Shown here piece after piece: positions 8,347 through 15,350 of a stretch of DNA of 25,670 nt; the stretch's first letter is position 1, and every line of letters begins with the position of its first letter. Both the position numbers and the translations under genes were made by a program. The notes under the pieces are model-generated. The model did not search any database. It worked only from the letters and a program-made list of their open reading frames with translations, and was not told where the DNA came from. Where the stretch lies: the IMG/VR virus record IMGVR_UViG_3300017658_000012, positions 1 through 25,670 of that record; one strand, written 5' to 3'. This DNA is from a virus. Its lineage: Duplodnaviria > Caudoviricetes.

Positions 8347-9222
8347 ATGCGGGTCGGAATCTATTCAGGCGCACATAACGTGGCTGCCTTGGCGCTTGGT
8401 GAGGGCTTTTCTCTCACTGGCGCCGAGGTCAGCCACCGCAACGTCCAGTACTACCGGGGCGAGCGCGAGCGCTTCGATCTGGTTGTGACGCTCGCCTTGC
8501 GCGAGGGCCGCGCCGTGCTTGAAAGCTACAGCGGCGCGTGTCCTGTGCTGGTGGCCGACTGGGGCTATCTTGCTCGGGTGAACCAGCCCGACGAGAGCGC
8601 CGCAGGCCATTGGCAGGTGAGCCTGGGCGGCCTGAATCAGGTTCCGACATTCGCATGCCCGTCAGACCGTTTCGATGCGCTTGGCCTTGAAATCGTGGAG
8701 CAGGGCGGCGATCCTGATGGTTATGTGCTGGTCTGCGGCCAGGTGCCGGGAGATGCTGCACATGGCATGGATGCCGCCACACTCAAGGCATGGCTGCTCG
8801 AACAGATCAGCCGCTACGATGATGTTCTTTACCGTCCGCATCCACGTGGCGGCATTGATCTGCCTGGGGTTAAAACCCAGCGTGGCCCTCTGTCCGATGC
8901 GCTGGCTGGCGCTCGACTCGTTGTGACCTGCAACAGCAACGTGGGGCATGATGCGCTCCTGGCTGGCATTCCAGTGGTGGCCAATGGGCGAGCCGCATAC
9001 GAGGAACTGTCTGGCGAAACTCTGCCTAGCGTTCAGGCCCGGCGCGACTATTTCAACCGAGTCGCCTACGGGCAATGGACGCTGGCTGAAATGCGCTCCG
9101 GCGTGTGCCAGCGGTTCGTGCTCGATCATCTGCTGACTGGCGAGGGTCCCGAGATCGCCCAGTCCGCCGAAGTTATCCCGACCCCCAAGCGCCTGGGCCG
9201 CAAGCCGAAGGTGACCGCATGA
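8347..9222 (+). CDS. Glycosyltransferase, GT-B fold, KpsC/KpsS (capsule synthesis, beta-Kdo transferase)-like
   Basis: D71WGY, Q132VPGD136 (QxxxD), R163PHP166 (HP) and VTCNSNVGHDALLAGIPVV motifs in KpsC/KpsS order; GGAGG RBS inside the last capsid codons; basic C-terminal tail PKRLGRKPK. Confidence 0.75.
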   Translation: MRVGIYSGAHNVAALALGEGFSLTGAEVSHRNVQYYRGERERFDLVVTLALREGRAVLESYSGACPVLVADWGYLARVNQPDESAAGHWQVSLGGLNQVPTFACPSDRFDALGLEIVEQGGDPDGYVLVCGQVPGDAAHGMDAATLKAWLLEQISRYDDVLYRPHPRGGIDLPGVKTQRGPLSDALAGARLVVTCNSNVGHDALLAGIPVVANGRAAYEELSGETLPSVQARRDYFNRVAYGQWTLAEMRSGVCQRFVLDHLLTGEGPEIAQSAEVIPTPKRLGRKPKVTA

Positions 9223-9590
9223 TCGAGTACGTGAACGTGGCCGAAGTTGACGCGCTGCTGGGCGGGGCCTGGGCTGCTGCGGACAAGAAGGACGAGGCGG
9301 TGCTGATCGCCAACGCCTGGATGACGAACCAGCGGTTGCCGAAGTTGGAGCCCATGCCCGATGAATGGAAGCGTGCTGCAGCCTATGTGGCACGCGAGGC
9401 GGCTACCGGCAAGATCTACGGCCAGTCGGAATATGGCCTAACCAGCAAGTCCGTCACGGCTGACACCGTATCGGTCAGCAAGACGTTTGCCAGCGGACAC
9501 AAGATCACATCCGCTGGCGAGAACCTGGCGCTGGCGCTGCTCAAGCCGTGGCTTGGAAGCGGCAGCATCGTGTGGTTAAAGAGGGCTTGA
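9219..9590 (+). CDS. Head-tail adaptor (DnaT-like phage neck protein)
   Basis: ATG 9219 in ATGA overlap (track start 9105 is too long); Y..VAEVDA...W...K..A...A..W and LLKPWL patterns; position. Confidence 0.75.
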   Translation: MIEYVNVAEVDALLGGAWAAADKKDEAVLIANAWMTNQRLPKLEPMPDEWKRAAAYVAREAATGKIYGQSEYGLTSKSVTADTVSVSKTFASGHKITSAGENLALALLKPWLGSGSIVWLKRA

Positions 9591-9591
9591 C

Positions 9592-10023
9592 ATGGGACTG
9601 CGCGACGAAATCACCGAAGAGGTAGCCGCGGCGTTCGACGATGACCTTGCGGACGCTGTGCGCGCGTTTCAGGCCAGCCGCAAGGTGGGCCAGGGCACCT
9701 ATGACCCCGTCGAGGATACGTGGGTGCCGGCGATGCTGTACTACGGCGGAAGGGGCGTATTCGGGAGCTTTTCCGCCGAGCTGGTCGATGGCCTGCAGAT
9801 CCTCGCTACGGACATAAAGCTACTCGTCCTGCAGTTGGAGCTGCTTGATATCCAGGGGGCAGGTTCTGATAACGAAAGCGCCGACGACACAGACCTGACC
9901 GCCGATAAGGTGGCCGAGCTTATCACTCCCAAGGTTGACGACATCATTGATGGCATGCGAGTGATCAGTGCCAAACAAGATCCGGCTGCAGTCACTTGGA
10001 CCGTGCAGCTGCGTAAGGTGTAG
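9592..10023 (+). CDS. Head closure / head-tail joining protein
   Basis: YDP..., DG..ILATD.KL.VLQ and DPA.VTW.VQLR patterns; position after adaptor. Confidence 0.7.
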   Translation: MGLRDEITEEVAAAFDDDLADAVRAFQASRKVGQGTYDPVEDTWVPAMLYYGGRGVFGSFSAELVDGLQILATDIKLLVLQLELLDIQGAGSDNESADDTDLTADKVAELITPKVDDIIDGMRVISAKQDPAAVTWTVQLRKV

Positions 10024-10025
10024 CC

Positions 10026-10409
10026 ATGGCTGGCTGGAGCAAACCGCCCACGGAATTCATGGTCCAGGTGAAAAGTGACCTGACAGCCCACCGCCGGGAA
10101 ATCACAATGCAGGCGCTGCAGGGCGTCGTCATGATGTCGCCGGTGGACAAGGGCACGTACAGGGCAAGTCATCAGGTAACCATCGACAGCGTGACCATGG
10201 GCTACGACCTGGACAAGCAGGACAAGTCTGGCGCTGCAACGATTCAAGAGGGTGCCGAGGTCGTGAGGACCATCAATACAGCGTTCGGAGAATCGACGGT
10301 GCAGACCAATTTGCCGTATGCAGAAAGCTTGGAGACCGGCCACTCTGGCCAGGCCCCTCAAGGAGTGTATGGCGTCACATTTGCAGCCATCGTGGAGAAA
10401 TATCGGTGA
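10026..10409 (+). CDS. HK97 gp10-like tail completion / neck protein
   Basis: SPVDKGTYRASH and NLPYAESLETGHSGQAPQG motifs. Confidence 0.85.
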   Translation: MAGWSKPPTEFMVQVKSDLTAHRREITMQALQGVVMMSPVDKGTYRASHQVTIDSVTMGYDLDKQDKSGAATIQEGAEVVRTINTAFGESTVQTNLPYAESLETGHSGQAPQGVYGVTFAAIVEKYR

Positions 10410-10825
10410 AGTATGAGGATATCCGCCGCGCCATCACGGCGCGCATGGTGGCGTTCCCAGGGCTGGCGCAGGATCGCATCGACTATCCGAACCAGCCGCA
10501 GGTGTTTGAGCCGCCAGAGGCCGGGCTGTGGTGCCGTCTGAGCATCCAGTACGGCCCGGCGTTCATGGCCGGCATGGCCGATCAGCCCTATACACGAAAG
10601 CCTGGCCAGATCGTCATCCAGTGTTTTGACCGCGTGCGTAGTGGCTCCAAGGCCCTGGCCATGTTGGCTGACGAGCTTGAGTCCCACTTCGCATACTGGT
10701 CGGAAGGCCATCTGGAGTGCCTGCACGCGTCGCAGGTCAACGTAGGTGCCGGTGACACCGTTGGCCGCCCTGAAGGCACGGGCTTTTATCAGATCAACGT
10801 CAATGTCCGTTTTCGGGCTGGGTAA
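10406..10825 (+). CDS. Tail terminator protein (DUF4128-like)
   Basis: GTGA overlap; YPN...F.PP...LWCRL, G.IVIQCF and FYQINV patterns; precedes tail tube. Confidence 0.8.
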   Translation: MKYEDIRRAITARMVAFPGLAQDRIDYPNQPQVFEPPEAGLWCRLSIQYGPAFMAGMADQPYTRKPGQIVIQCFDRVRSGSKALAMLADELESHFAYWSEGHLECLHASQVNVGAGDTVGRPEGTGFYQINVNVRFRAG

Positions 10826-11408
10826 ATTCTTCCAGATAATAATGCAAGCTAACCCACCTTTGTGAGGCGGCAAGCTGTTGCGCCGCTTCCGTTGTGTCCT
10901 TGTACCGATCTATTGGGTCAGTTTTCCCTCCTGGCCAATCGGCAAACGCATGAACAATAGTCGCCGAGATAGGCTCTACCGGCCCGCCATGGGCCTCTCT
11001 GGACTTGAAGTAACCGATATGCATAACAATCGGCTCTAGGCGTTCGTGAATTTTGTACCGCCAATAGTCCTCATCGCCTTCACATCGAGTTCTGATTATC
11101 TGGCTTGAGATCCTTTCTTTAGTGGCTTTGTATTCCTCAATAAGTCGCGCACACAGGAGCCAATTGAACCGATCCGGAAGGGGCGTGCCATTGTCGCTAT
11201 TTCTCATCAACGCTTCATATGACCGCTCGAGGCATTTCCCAGCATGAGCCAGAAGCTCATCATCCTCACGGGTGACTTTTGCCTGTCGGTTGGCTGCACT
11301 GCTGACTGACGCCGCTTTCCACGCCGCGCCGGCCGCCAAGGCGGTAAACGCAGCGCCGAGAGCGGTAGCGCCTGCTGTCAGCCAAGTGAAGAAGAATTGT
11401 GCATCCAT
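10800..11408 (-). CDS. Moron: N-terminally membrane-anchored hypothetical protein (202 aa)
   Basis: GGAGG RBS 8 nt before ATG 11408; hydrophobic aa ~5-31 then helical soluble domain; opposite strand to the tail operon, stop overlapping the 3' end of the tail terminator gene. Confidence 0.8.
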   Translation of the reverse strand: MDAQFFFTWLTAGATALGAAFTALAAGAAWKAASVSSAANRQAKVTREDDELLAHAGKCLERSYEALMRNSDNGTPLPDRFNWLLCARLIEEYKATKERISSQIIRTRCEGDEDYWRYKIHERLEPIVMHIGYFKSREAHGGPVEPISATIVHAFADWPGGKTDPIDRYKDTTEAAQQLAASQRWVSLHYYLEEFTQPENGH

Positions 11409-11443
11409 TATCAATACCTCCGTCGATTTCTAAACCTATTATT

Positions 11444-11468
11444 GCCGGCCCTGAGCCGGCTTTTTTTT
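11444..11468 (+). terminator. Rho-independent terminator upstream of the tail tube gene
   Basis: GCCGGC-cctga-GCCGGC followed by T8. Confidence 0.85.
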
Positions 11469-11491
11469 GTCATATCCCAGGAGAGTAAACC

Positions 11492-12415
11492 ATGAGCTCA
11501 GGCGCTAAGATCGTCACCCACTACATCGCCGAGACCGTCCCTGGCACCACGCCATCCACCGGCACGTGGAAAACCGCCCGGCTGACGGGCAATACCCTGA
11601 CACCTACGCCCAGCACGGAGCAGTCGGACGAAACCACCGATTTGCGCCTGAACCAGGGCTCGGTCACTACTGGCCTGGCCATTGCGGGCGACCTGACGGG
11701 CGAACTGTCCTTCGGCACGTTCGATGATTGGCTTGAGGCGATCTTCTACGGCACCTGGACCAGCAATGTGTTGTCCATCGGCGCAGCGCGTAAAACGTTC
11801 TCCGTGCAGAAGGCCTTCACCGATGTTGGCACCTATCACTTGTTCAAGGGCGTCCATGCCGCCACGGGTCGAATCGAGATTCCGGAAGAGGGCAAGGTCA
11901 CCCTGACCATCGGCGCCCAGTGTCTGGACTACGAGGACGGCACCACGTCTTTCGTGACGGGCTCACCCGAGGCCGCCACGGATACGCCGTTCATGTCTTC
12001 GATCAGCGTGGGCGACATCAAGCTCGATGGCGTATCGCTGGCCGGGGATGCATGCGTGTCGGCCATGCAGGTGAACATCGACAACACCCTGCAGGTGCAG
12101 AAATGCCTGGGCTCGGGCAAGCTCGGGCCCGGCGCTCTGATCGAAACCGAAGCGGCTATCAGCGGCACCATCACCCTGGCCTGGTCGCAGAAGACATACT
12201 CGATCTGGAAAGAGAAGATCAATCGCACCACGTTCGAGGTTGAATTCCCGCTCACCGATAGCCTGGGCAATTCGTACACCATCAATCTGCCCAAGGTCGA
12301 GTTCGACGGCGATCTGCCCAGTGGCGGCAAGCGAGACATCATCCAGGCGCAATTGAACTGGTCTGCCGTGAAACAGACTCCCACCATCACCCGCGAAGCT
12401 GCGGAAACGCCTTAA
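11492..12415 (+). CDS. Major tail (tube) protein
   Basis: AGGAG RBS; MSSGAK....YIAET.PGTTP start, ELSFGTFD and FSVQKAFTDV motifs; 307 aa between terminator and chaperones. Confidence 0.9.
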   Translation: MSSGAKIVTHYIAETVPGTTPSTGTWKTARLTGNTLTPTPSTEQSDETTDLRLNQGSVTTGLAIAGDLTGELSFGTFDDWLEAIFYGTWTSNVLSIGAARKTFSVQKAFTDVGTYHLFKGVHAATGRIEIPEEGKVTLTIGAQCLDYEDGTTSFVTGSPEAATDTPFMSSISVGDIKLDGVSLAGDACVSAMQVNIDNTLQVQKCLGSGKLGPGALIETEAAISGTITLAWSQKTYSIWKEKINRTTFEVEFPLTDSLGNSYTINLPKVEFDGDLPSGGKRDIIQAQLNWSAVKQTPTITREAAETP

Positions 12416-12424
12416 GGAGCAGCA

Positions 12425-12898
12425 ATGGCACTGCGCATGACGCAACAGGACCCGGTCGCCATCGATGAGCGCTGGGAGGACTTCGACGACGATGTGGCCA
12501 TCAAGGTCGCCGGCCTGGACCGCGAGGAATACCAGATCGCCCTGGAACGGGCTCGCCGGCTCATCGCACGGGAGGATGCCGGTCAGACGCTTGATAGCAT
12601 CAGCGTCTCGGCAGCCGACCGGCGCGAGCACGACATCCAGTGCAAGCTGCTCGGCCGGTACATCGTGCTGGACTGGAAGGGTGAGGTGACGGACGAGCAG
12701 GGCAACCGGATCGCATACTCGCCCGAGGCTGCTGCCAAGCTGCTCAAGGGCAACGTGACGCTCTTTGCCTGGGTGCTTACCAAAGCCGCCCAGGTATCGG
12801 TGGATTACCAGAAGGGAGTGGCTGAAACGGTGGGAAAGCCCTCGAGCGCTTCCGCTGGGAGCGCGAATGGCAAGGCAAGAGCCAAAAGCAAAGCCTGA
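12425..12898 (+). CDS. Tail assembly chaperone (gpG-like)
   Basis: Follows tail tube; AAGGAG RBS; LDWKG....G..I.YSPE.A..LL pattern; slippery site near the 3' end. Confidence 0.88.
   Translation: MALRMTQQDPVAIDERWEDFDDDVAIKVAGLDREEYQIALERARRLIAREDAGQTLDSISVSAADRREHDIQCKLLGRYIVLDWKGEVTDEQGNRIAYSPEAAAKLLKGNVTLFAWVLTKAAQVSVDYQKGVAETVGKPSSASAGSANGKARAKSKA
12832..12838 (+). other. Programmed -1 ribosomal frameshift site G GGA AAG
   Basis: Same heptamer as lambda G-T, in the correct phase (GTG GGA AAG); the -1 frame stays open to TAG 13149. Confidence 0.9.
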
Positions 12899-13149
12899 TC
12901 TATTCCAAGTTGGGCATGGCGGTGCCAGAGCCTGCCCCAACTGACCCCATCACGGATCATGTCATCGGCATGTTCTGGGCGGCCAGCCGCGCGCGCCGGT
13001 ATGTCGCTGGCCCGCGTGGCGGCTCGGCGCTACCGCTATCCGCGCTTGAAATCGGTCAAGTAGTCCAGGCCTACGGGTCGCCGCTGGCGCGCCGCGAGCT
13101 GGATGCCTGCATCCTGGCGCTGGATCGGGAGTATCTGGATGGGGTATAG
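12832..13149 (+). CDS. Tail assembly chaperone gpT-like segment, expressed as a gpGT fusion (12425..13149)
   Basis: -1 frame reads GKALERFRWEREWQGKSQKQSLIYSKLGMAVPEP...LALDREYLDGV; the track ORF 12910..13149 is its distal part. Confidence 0.85.
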   Translation, partial: GKALERFRWEREWQGKSQKQSLIYSKLGMAVPEPAPTDPITDHVIGMFWAASRARRYVAGPRGGSALPLSALEIGQVVQAYGSPLARRELDACILALDREYLDGV

Positions 13150-13181
13150 TTGGACGTAGCTAAATGTTACGGGGGGGCGGG

Positions 13182-13589
13182 ATGAGAAGTGTTTTTATTG
13201 GCCTGAGTTGCACACTGGCTGGAGCGCTGATGTTTATGTCAGGAGCCAACGGCCAGACCGTATCCTGCAAAGGCAATACTAGTGTGACAGTTGGCTCATC
13301 AGTGCGAAACAATACTCCGTACAAGGCAATCTTCAAAATTGAGGGGAGCGTTGTTTCGCTCATCCAGGGGGACGCGCTTCTTGATGCCAAAACTTACCAT
13401 TTGGACGAGTCGATATCTTTGCCGAATCGCCCAGGCTATACGTCGGACAAAGGGAACCTATTTTTCTATACCGACAGCGGGGATTTCAAGATCCTTCGTA
13501 TGAGGCCGCTTCGCCATGCCCCAGGGATGGAGGTGGTGGAATCGAATGGAAGTTGTGAAAAATTCAAAAAATCCAATGTTTTCGGGTGA
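13182..13589 (+). CDS. Moron: secreted/periplasmic protein with signal peptide and a Cys pair
   Basis: MRSVFIGLSCTLAGALMFMSGANG-Q signal-peptide-like start (alternative ATG 13164); mature part has VSCKG near the start and GSCEK near the end; lower GC than flanks. Confidence 0.7.
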   Translation: MRSVFIGLSCTLAGALMFMSGANGQTVSCKGNTSVTVGSSVRNNTPYKAIFKIEGSVVSLIQGDALLDAKTYHLDESISLPNRPGYTSDKGNLFFYTDSGDFKILRMRPLRHAPGMEVVESNGSCEKFKKSNVFG

Positions 13590-13623
13590 GCCTGAATAGC
13601 CCGCTAGGGGTAACGCAAACCAC

Positions 13624-13647
13624 GCCGCCCAGCGCGGCTATTTTTTT
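13624..13647 (+). terminator. Rho-independent terminator after the secreted-protein moron
   Basis: GCCGC-ccagc-GCGGC followed by TATTTTTTT; overlaps the stop codon of the convergent Arc gene. Confidence 0.55.
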
Positions 13648-14333
13648 GGAGTGTTGGTTCGCTTCGAGCCGCGCTTCGGTGCGTTAACGCCAGGGATATC
13701 GGGTGTGCGAGATTTGCCAACAGATTCGACAATAGTTTCTAGGCTTTTGGTTAGGGCGGTGCGGTCGGATTTGGCGTCTGGGTCGCGTTGCTGGCGATCT
13801 TCTAGGACGGAATCTGCGTGCTCTTCGATATATGACTTGAATGACTCGATGCCATCTGCAGGGTCGGGCAAGCCAGCCAGGAAAGTATCCATTTTTGCTG
13901 TGTCTGCGGGGGTGAAATTGGCCGCATCGCGCAGTTGTGCGGTTACGCTGGGAGGAAAGCCAGAGGCCGCTTCATCCTCCTGTACTTTTTCCCGCAGTGC
14001 GGCGACGGTTAATAGCGCTTGAGAGAGGTGTCGTTTTGCGTTGATCGGGCTTTGTTCCGCTTCATCTATCGCAGCTTCTATCAGTTGACTGAGCCGAGTA
14101 ATCACAGCATCGCGCCCTGCTAACTCGTACCTGGCCCAGCGCTGGTAGCCAGCAAGCAAATCCCAATAAGCAAGCCTGGCACGCTCATTTGAACCATGGA
14201 GACTTTCTTCCAGCTTGGAAATGATCTCCGCATTCATTGATCGACCAGTAGACAGTGCGCAGCCCTGAACTTCCTTGTGCAGGTCCCTGGGTAACCGCAG
14301 GGCGGTCTTGATGTATTCGTCTTGAGTAGCCAT
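13638..14333 (-). CDS. Arc/Mnt-family ribbon-helix-helix repressor with a long C-terminal extension (231 aa)
   Basis: TALRLPRDLHKEVQGCALSTGRSMNAEIISKLEESL is a canonical Arc-like RHH. Confidence 0.88.
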   Translation of the reverse strand: MATQDEYIKTALRLPRDLHKEVQGCALSTGRSMNAEIISKLEESLHGSNERARLAYWDLLAGYQRWARYELAGRDAVITRLSQLIEAAIDEAEQSPINAKRHLSQALLTVAALREKVQEDEAASGFPPSVTAQLRDAANFTPADTAKMDTFLAGLPDPADGIESFKSYIEEHADSVLEDRQQRDPDAKSDRTALTKSLETIVESVGKSRTPDIPGVNAPKRGSKRTNTPKK

Positions 14334-14339
14334 GCGCGG

Positions 14340-14368
14340 ATTGTAAAAGCATAGCCTTCAAACTGCCA
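14340..14368 (-). promoter_or_regulatory. Leftward promoter predicted to give a leaderless mRNA for the long Arc repressor
   Basis: TACAAT -10 (complement of 14340-14345) places +1 at the A of ATG 14333; weak -35 TGGCAG 17 bp upstream; no Shine-Dalgarno. Confidence 0.55.
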
Positions 14369-14434
14369 CTAAAATAATTGTTGACTTCAAATTGAAGGCG
14401 CTGCATAATTCTCATGTGCCTTCAATTTGAAGGC
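14354..14434. promoter_or_regulatory. Three operator sites, consensus GCCTTCAA-W-TTGAAGGC
   Basis: Perfect 17-bp palindrome 14418-14434; one-mismatch copy GACTTCAAATTGAAGGC 14383-14399; half-site GCCTTCAA 14354-14361. Confidence 0.85.
14381..14409 (+). promoter_or_regulatory. Rightward sigma70 promoter (Pant-like) for the arc-rha-orf-ORF6N operon
   Basis: TTGACT (14381-14386), 17 bp, CATAAT (14404-14409); AT-rich UP-like region upstream; overlapped by operators. Confidence 0.8.
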
Positions 14435-14449
14435 TAATTCGGAGAAAAC

Positions 14450-14632
14450 ATGAATCAGGAAGTGAAGATGATGATTCGTATGCCTGTTGATGTGCGTGAC
14501 TGGTTTCGAGGCTACGCCAAGCAAAACAACAGGTCTATGAATGGGCAGGCGGTGGCTACCCTGAGGGAAATTATGGAAGGCCAAAAAGAAAACGCACCAG
14601 AGGCGGCAACCTCTGATGCGTCGATGCAGTAA
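14450..14632 (+). CDS. Arc-family RHH repressor (60 aa)
   Basis: MMIRMPVDVRDWFRGYAKQNNRSMNGQAVATL; GGAG RBS. Confidence 0.88.
   Translation: MNQEVKMMIRMPVDVRDWFRGYAKQNNRSMNGQAVATLREIMEGQKENAPEAATSDASMQ
14583..14621 (-). terminator. Minus-strand intrinsic terminator of the antisense RNA
   Basis: RNA ACGCAUCAGAGG-uugccg-CCUCUGGUGCGU followed by UUUCUUUUU; the one non-Watson-Crick position is a U.G wobble only on the minus strand. Confidence 0.75.
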
Positions 14633-14662
14633 TCCCCAACGTCAAAATCAAGGAAAATGCAA
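14583..14662 (-). ncRNA. Predicted ~80-nt antisense RNA (P22 sar-like) covering the RBS of the Rha-like gene
   Basis: Minus-strand promoter TTGATG-17 bp-TATGAT just upstream and a minus-strand terminator hairpin 14592-14621 with U tract. Confidence 0.65.
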
Positions 14663-15075
14663 TGACTAATCATAGCGTTAACCCGAAAAAACATCAAGAG
14701 AAAGCGCCCCCCGAACTGTTTTCGTCTGGCCCGCGCGGCACGATTCTGATGAACAGCAACGAGCTGATCAGATGGACTGGCGCGGCTTGGTGGCTTGTTG
14801 AATACGAAATCAAGGAGCTTTCTCAGGGCCGTCATTGGGGGTGGAGAATTACCCACTGCCAGGCGCAGAGCGAGGTGTTCAAGCTCAACCTTGAAACTGG
14901 CAGGTTCGAAAAGCGCACCAACTACTGGTTGAGCCAGAAGCTTGCCATCATCCTGTGCAAACGGATCAATCCTCGTCTGGTGCCGGCCTTGCGTAGAGCG
15001 TTTATAGACGAACACTTTGCAGATTTAAAGCAACAGTTGGCCTTGATTGGCGCAAGCGATGAGGTGGCGGCATGA
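14662..15075 (+). CDS. Divergent Rha-like phage regulatory protein
   Basis: AAGGA RBS; MNSNELIRWTG...V..EI and NYWLSQKLAIIL...RRAFIDEHF loosely follow the Rha pattern; antirepressor operon context. Confidence 0.5.
   Translation: MTNHSVNPKKHQEKAPPELFSSGPRGTILMNSNELIRWTGAAWWLVEYEIKELSQGRHWGWRITHCQAQSEVFKLNLETGRFEKRTNYWLSQKLAIILCKRINPRLVPALRRAFIDEHFADLKQQLALIGASDEVAA
14669..14697 (-). promoter_or_regulatory. Antisense sigma70 promoter inside the start of the Rha-like gene
   Basis: -35 TTGATG (complement of 14692-14697), 17-bp spacer, -10 TATGAT (complement of 14669-14674). Confidence 0.7.
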
Positions 15076-15350
15076 GCAATGTCCTGTACCATCCGCGCTT
15101 CGGAGAGGCGCCAGTAATAAATCCATCGCGCCCTGGAAGGAAGCCGAAGGGAGTTATTACGCTTAGTACAGCTCGTCTGGCTCTCGAGCAGCGCATGGCG
15201 GCAAAGCTCGGCAAGCGGATCGAGACTGGCTTTGACGATGTGCCGCGTAATCAGTGGGATTTGGTCAAAAGTTGGGCAGACGAAGTGCGCGAGTTGTTGT
15301 CCTATATAGACGCTATGGTCGACATACAAAAGAGGAGGGCGGTGCAATGA
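15072..15350 (+). CDS. Hypothetical protein (92 aa) with AT-hook-like RPGRKPK
   Basis: GAGG RBS; ATGA overlaps at both ends. Confidence 0.7.
   Translation: MSNVLYHPRFGEAPVINPSRPGRKPKGVITLSTARLALEQRMAAKLGKRIETGFDDVPRNQWDLVKSWADEVRELLSYIDAMVDIQKRRAVQ

Noticed and set aside
8296-8349. Frameshift or read-through fusing the capsid protein to the glycosyltransferase via the GS linker
   Set aside because: The genes are in different frames, so read-through of TAA would not fuse them. The -1 frame is open from 8296 but has no X XXY YYZ slippery site, and the GT has its own GGAGG RBS.
13171-13177. G7 run as a phase-variation switch
   Set aside because: The run is short and probably lies upstream of the real start (ATG 13182), where it more likely serves as the RBS region.
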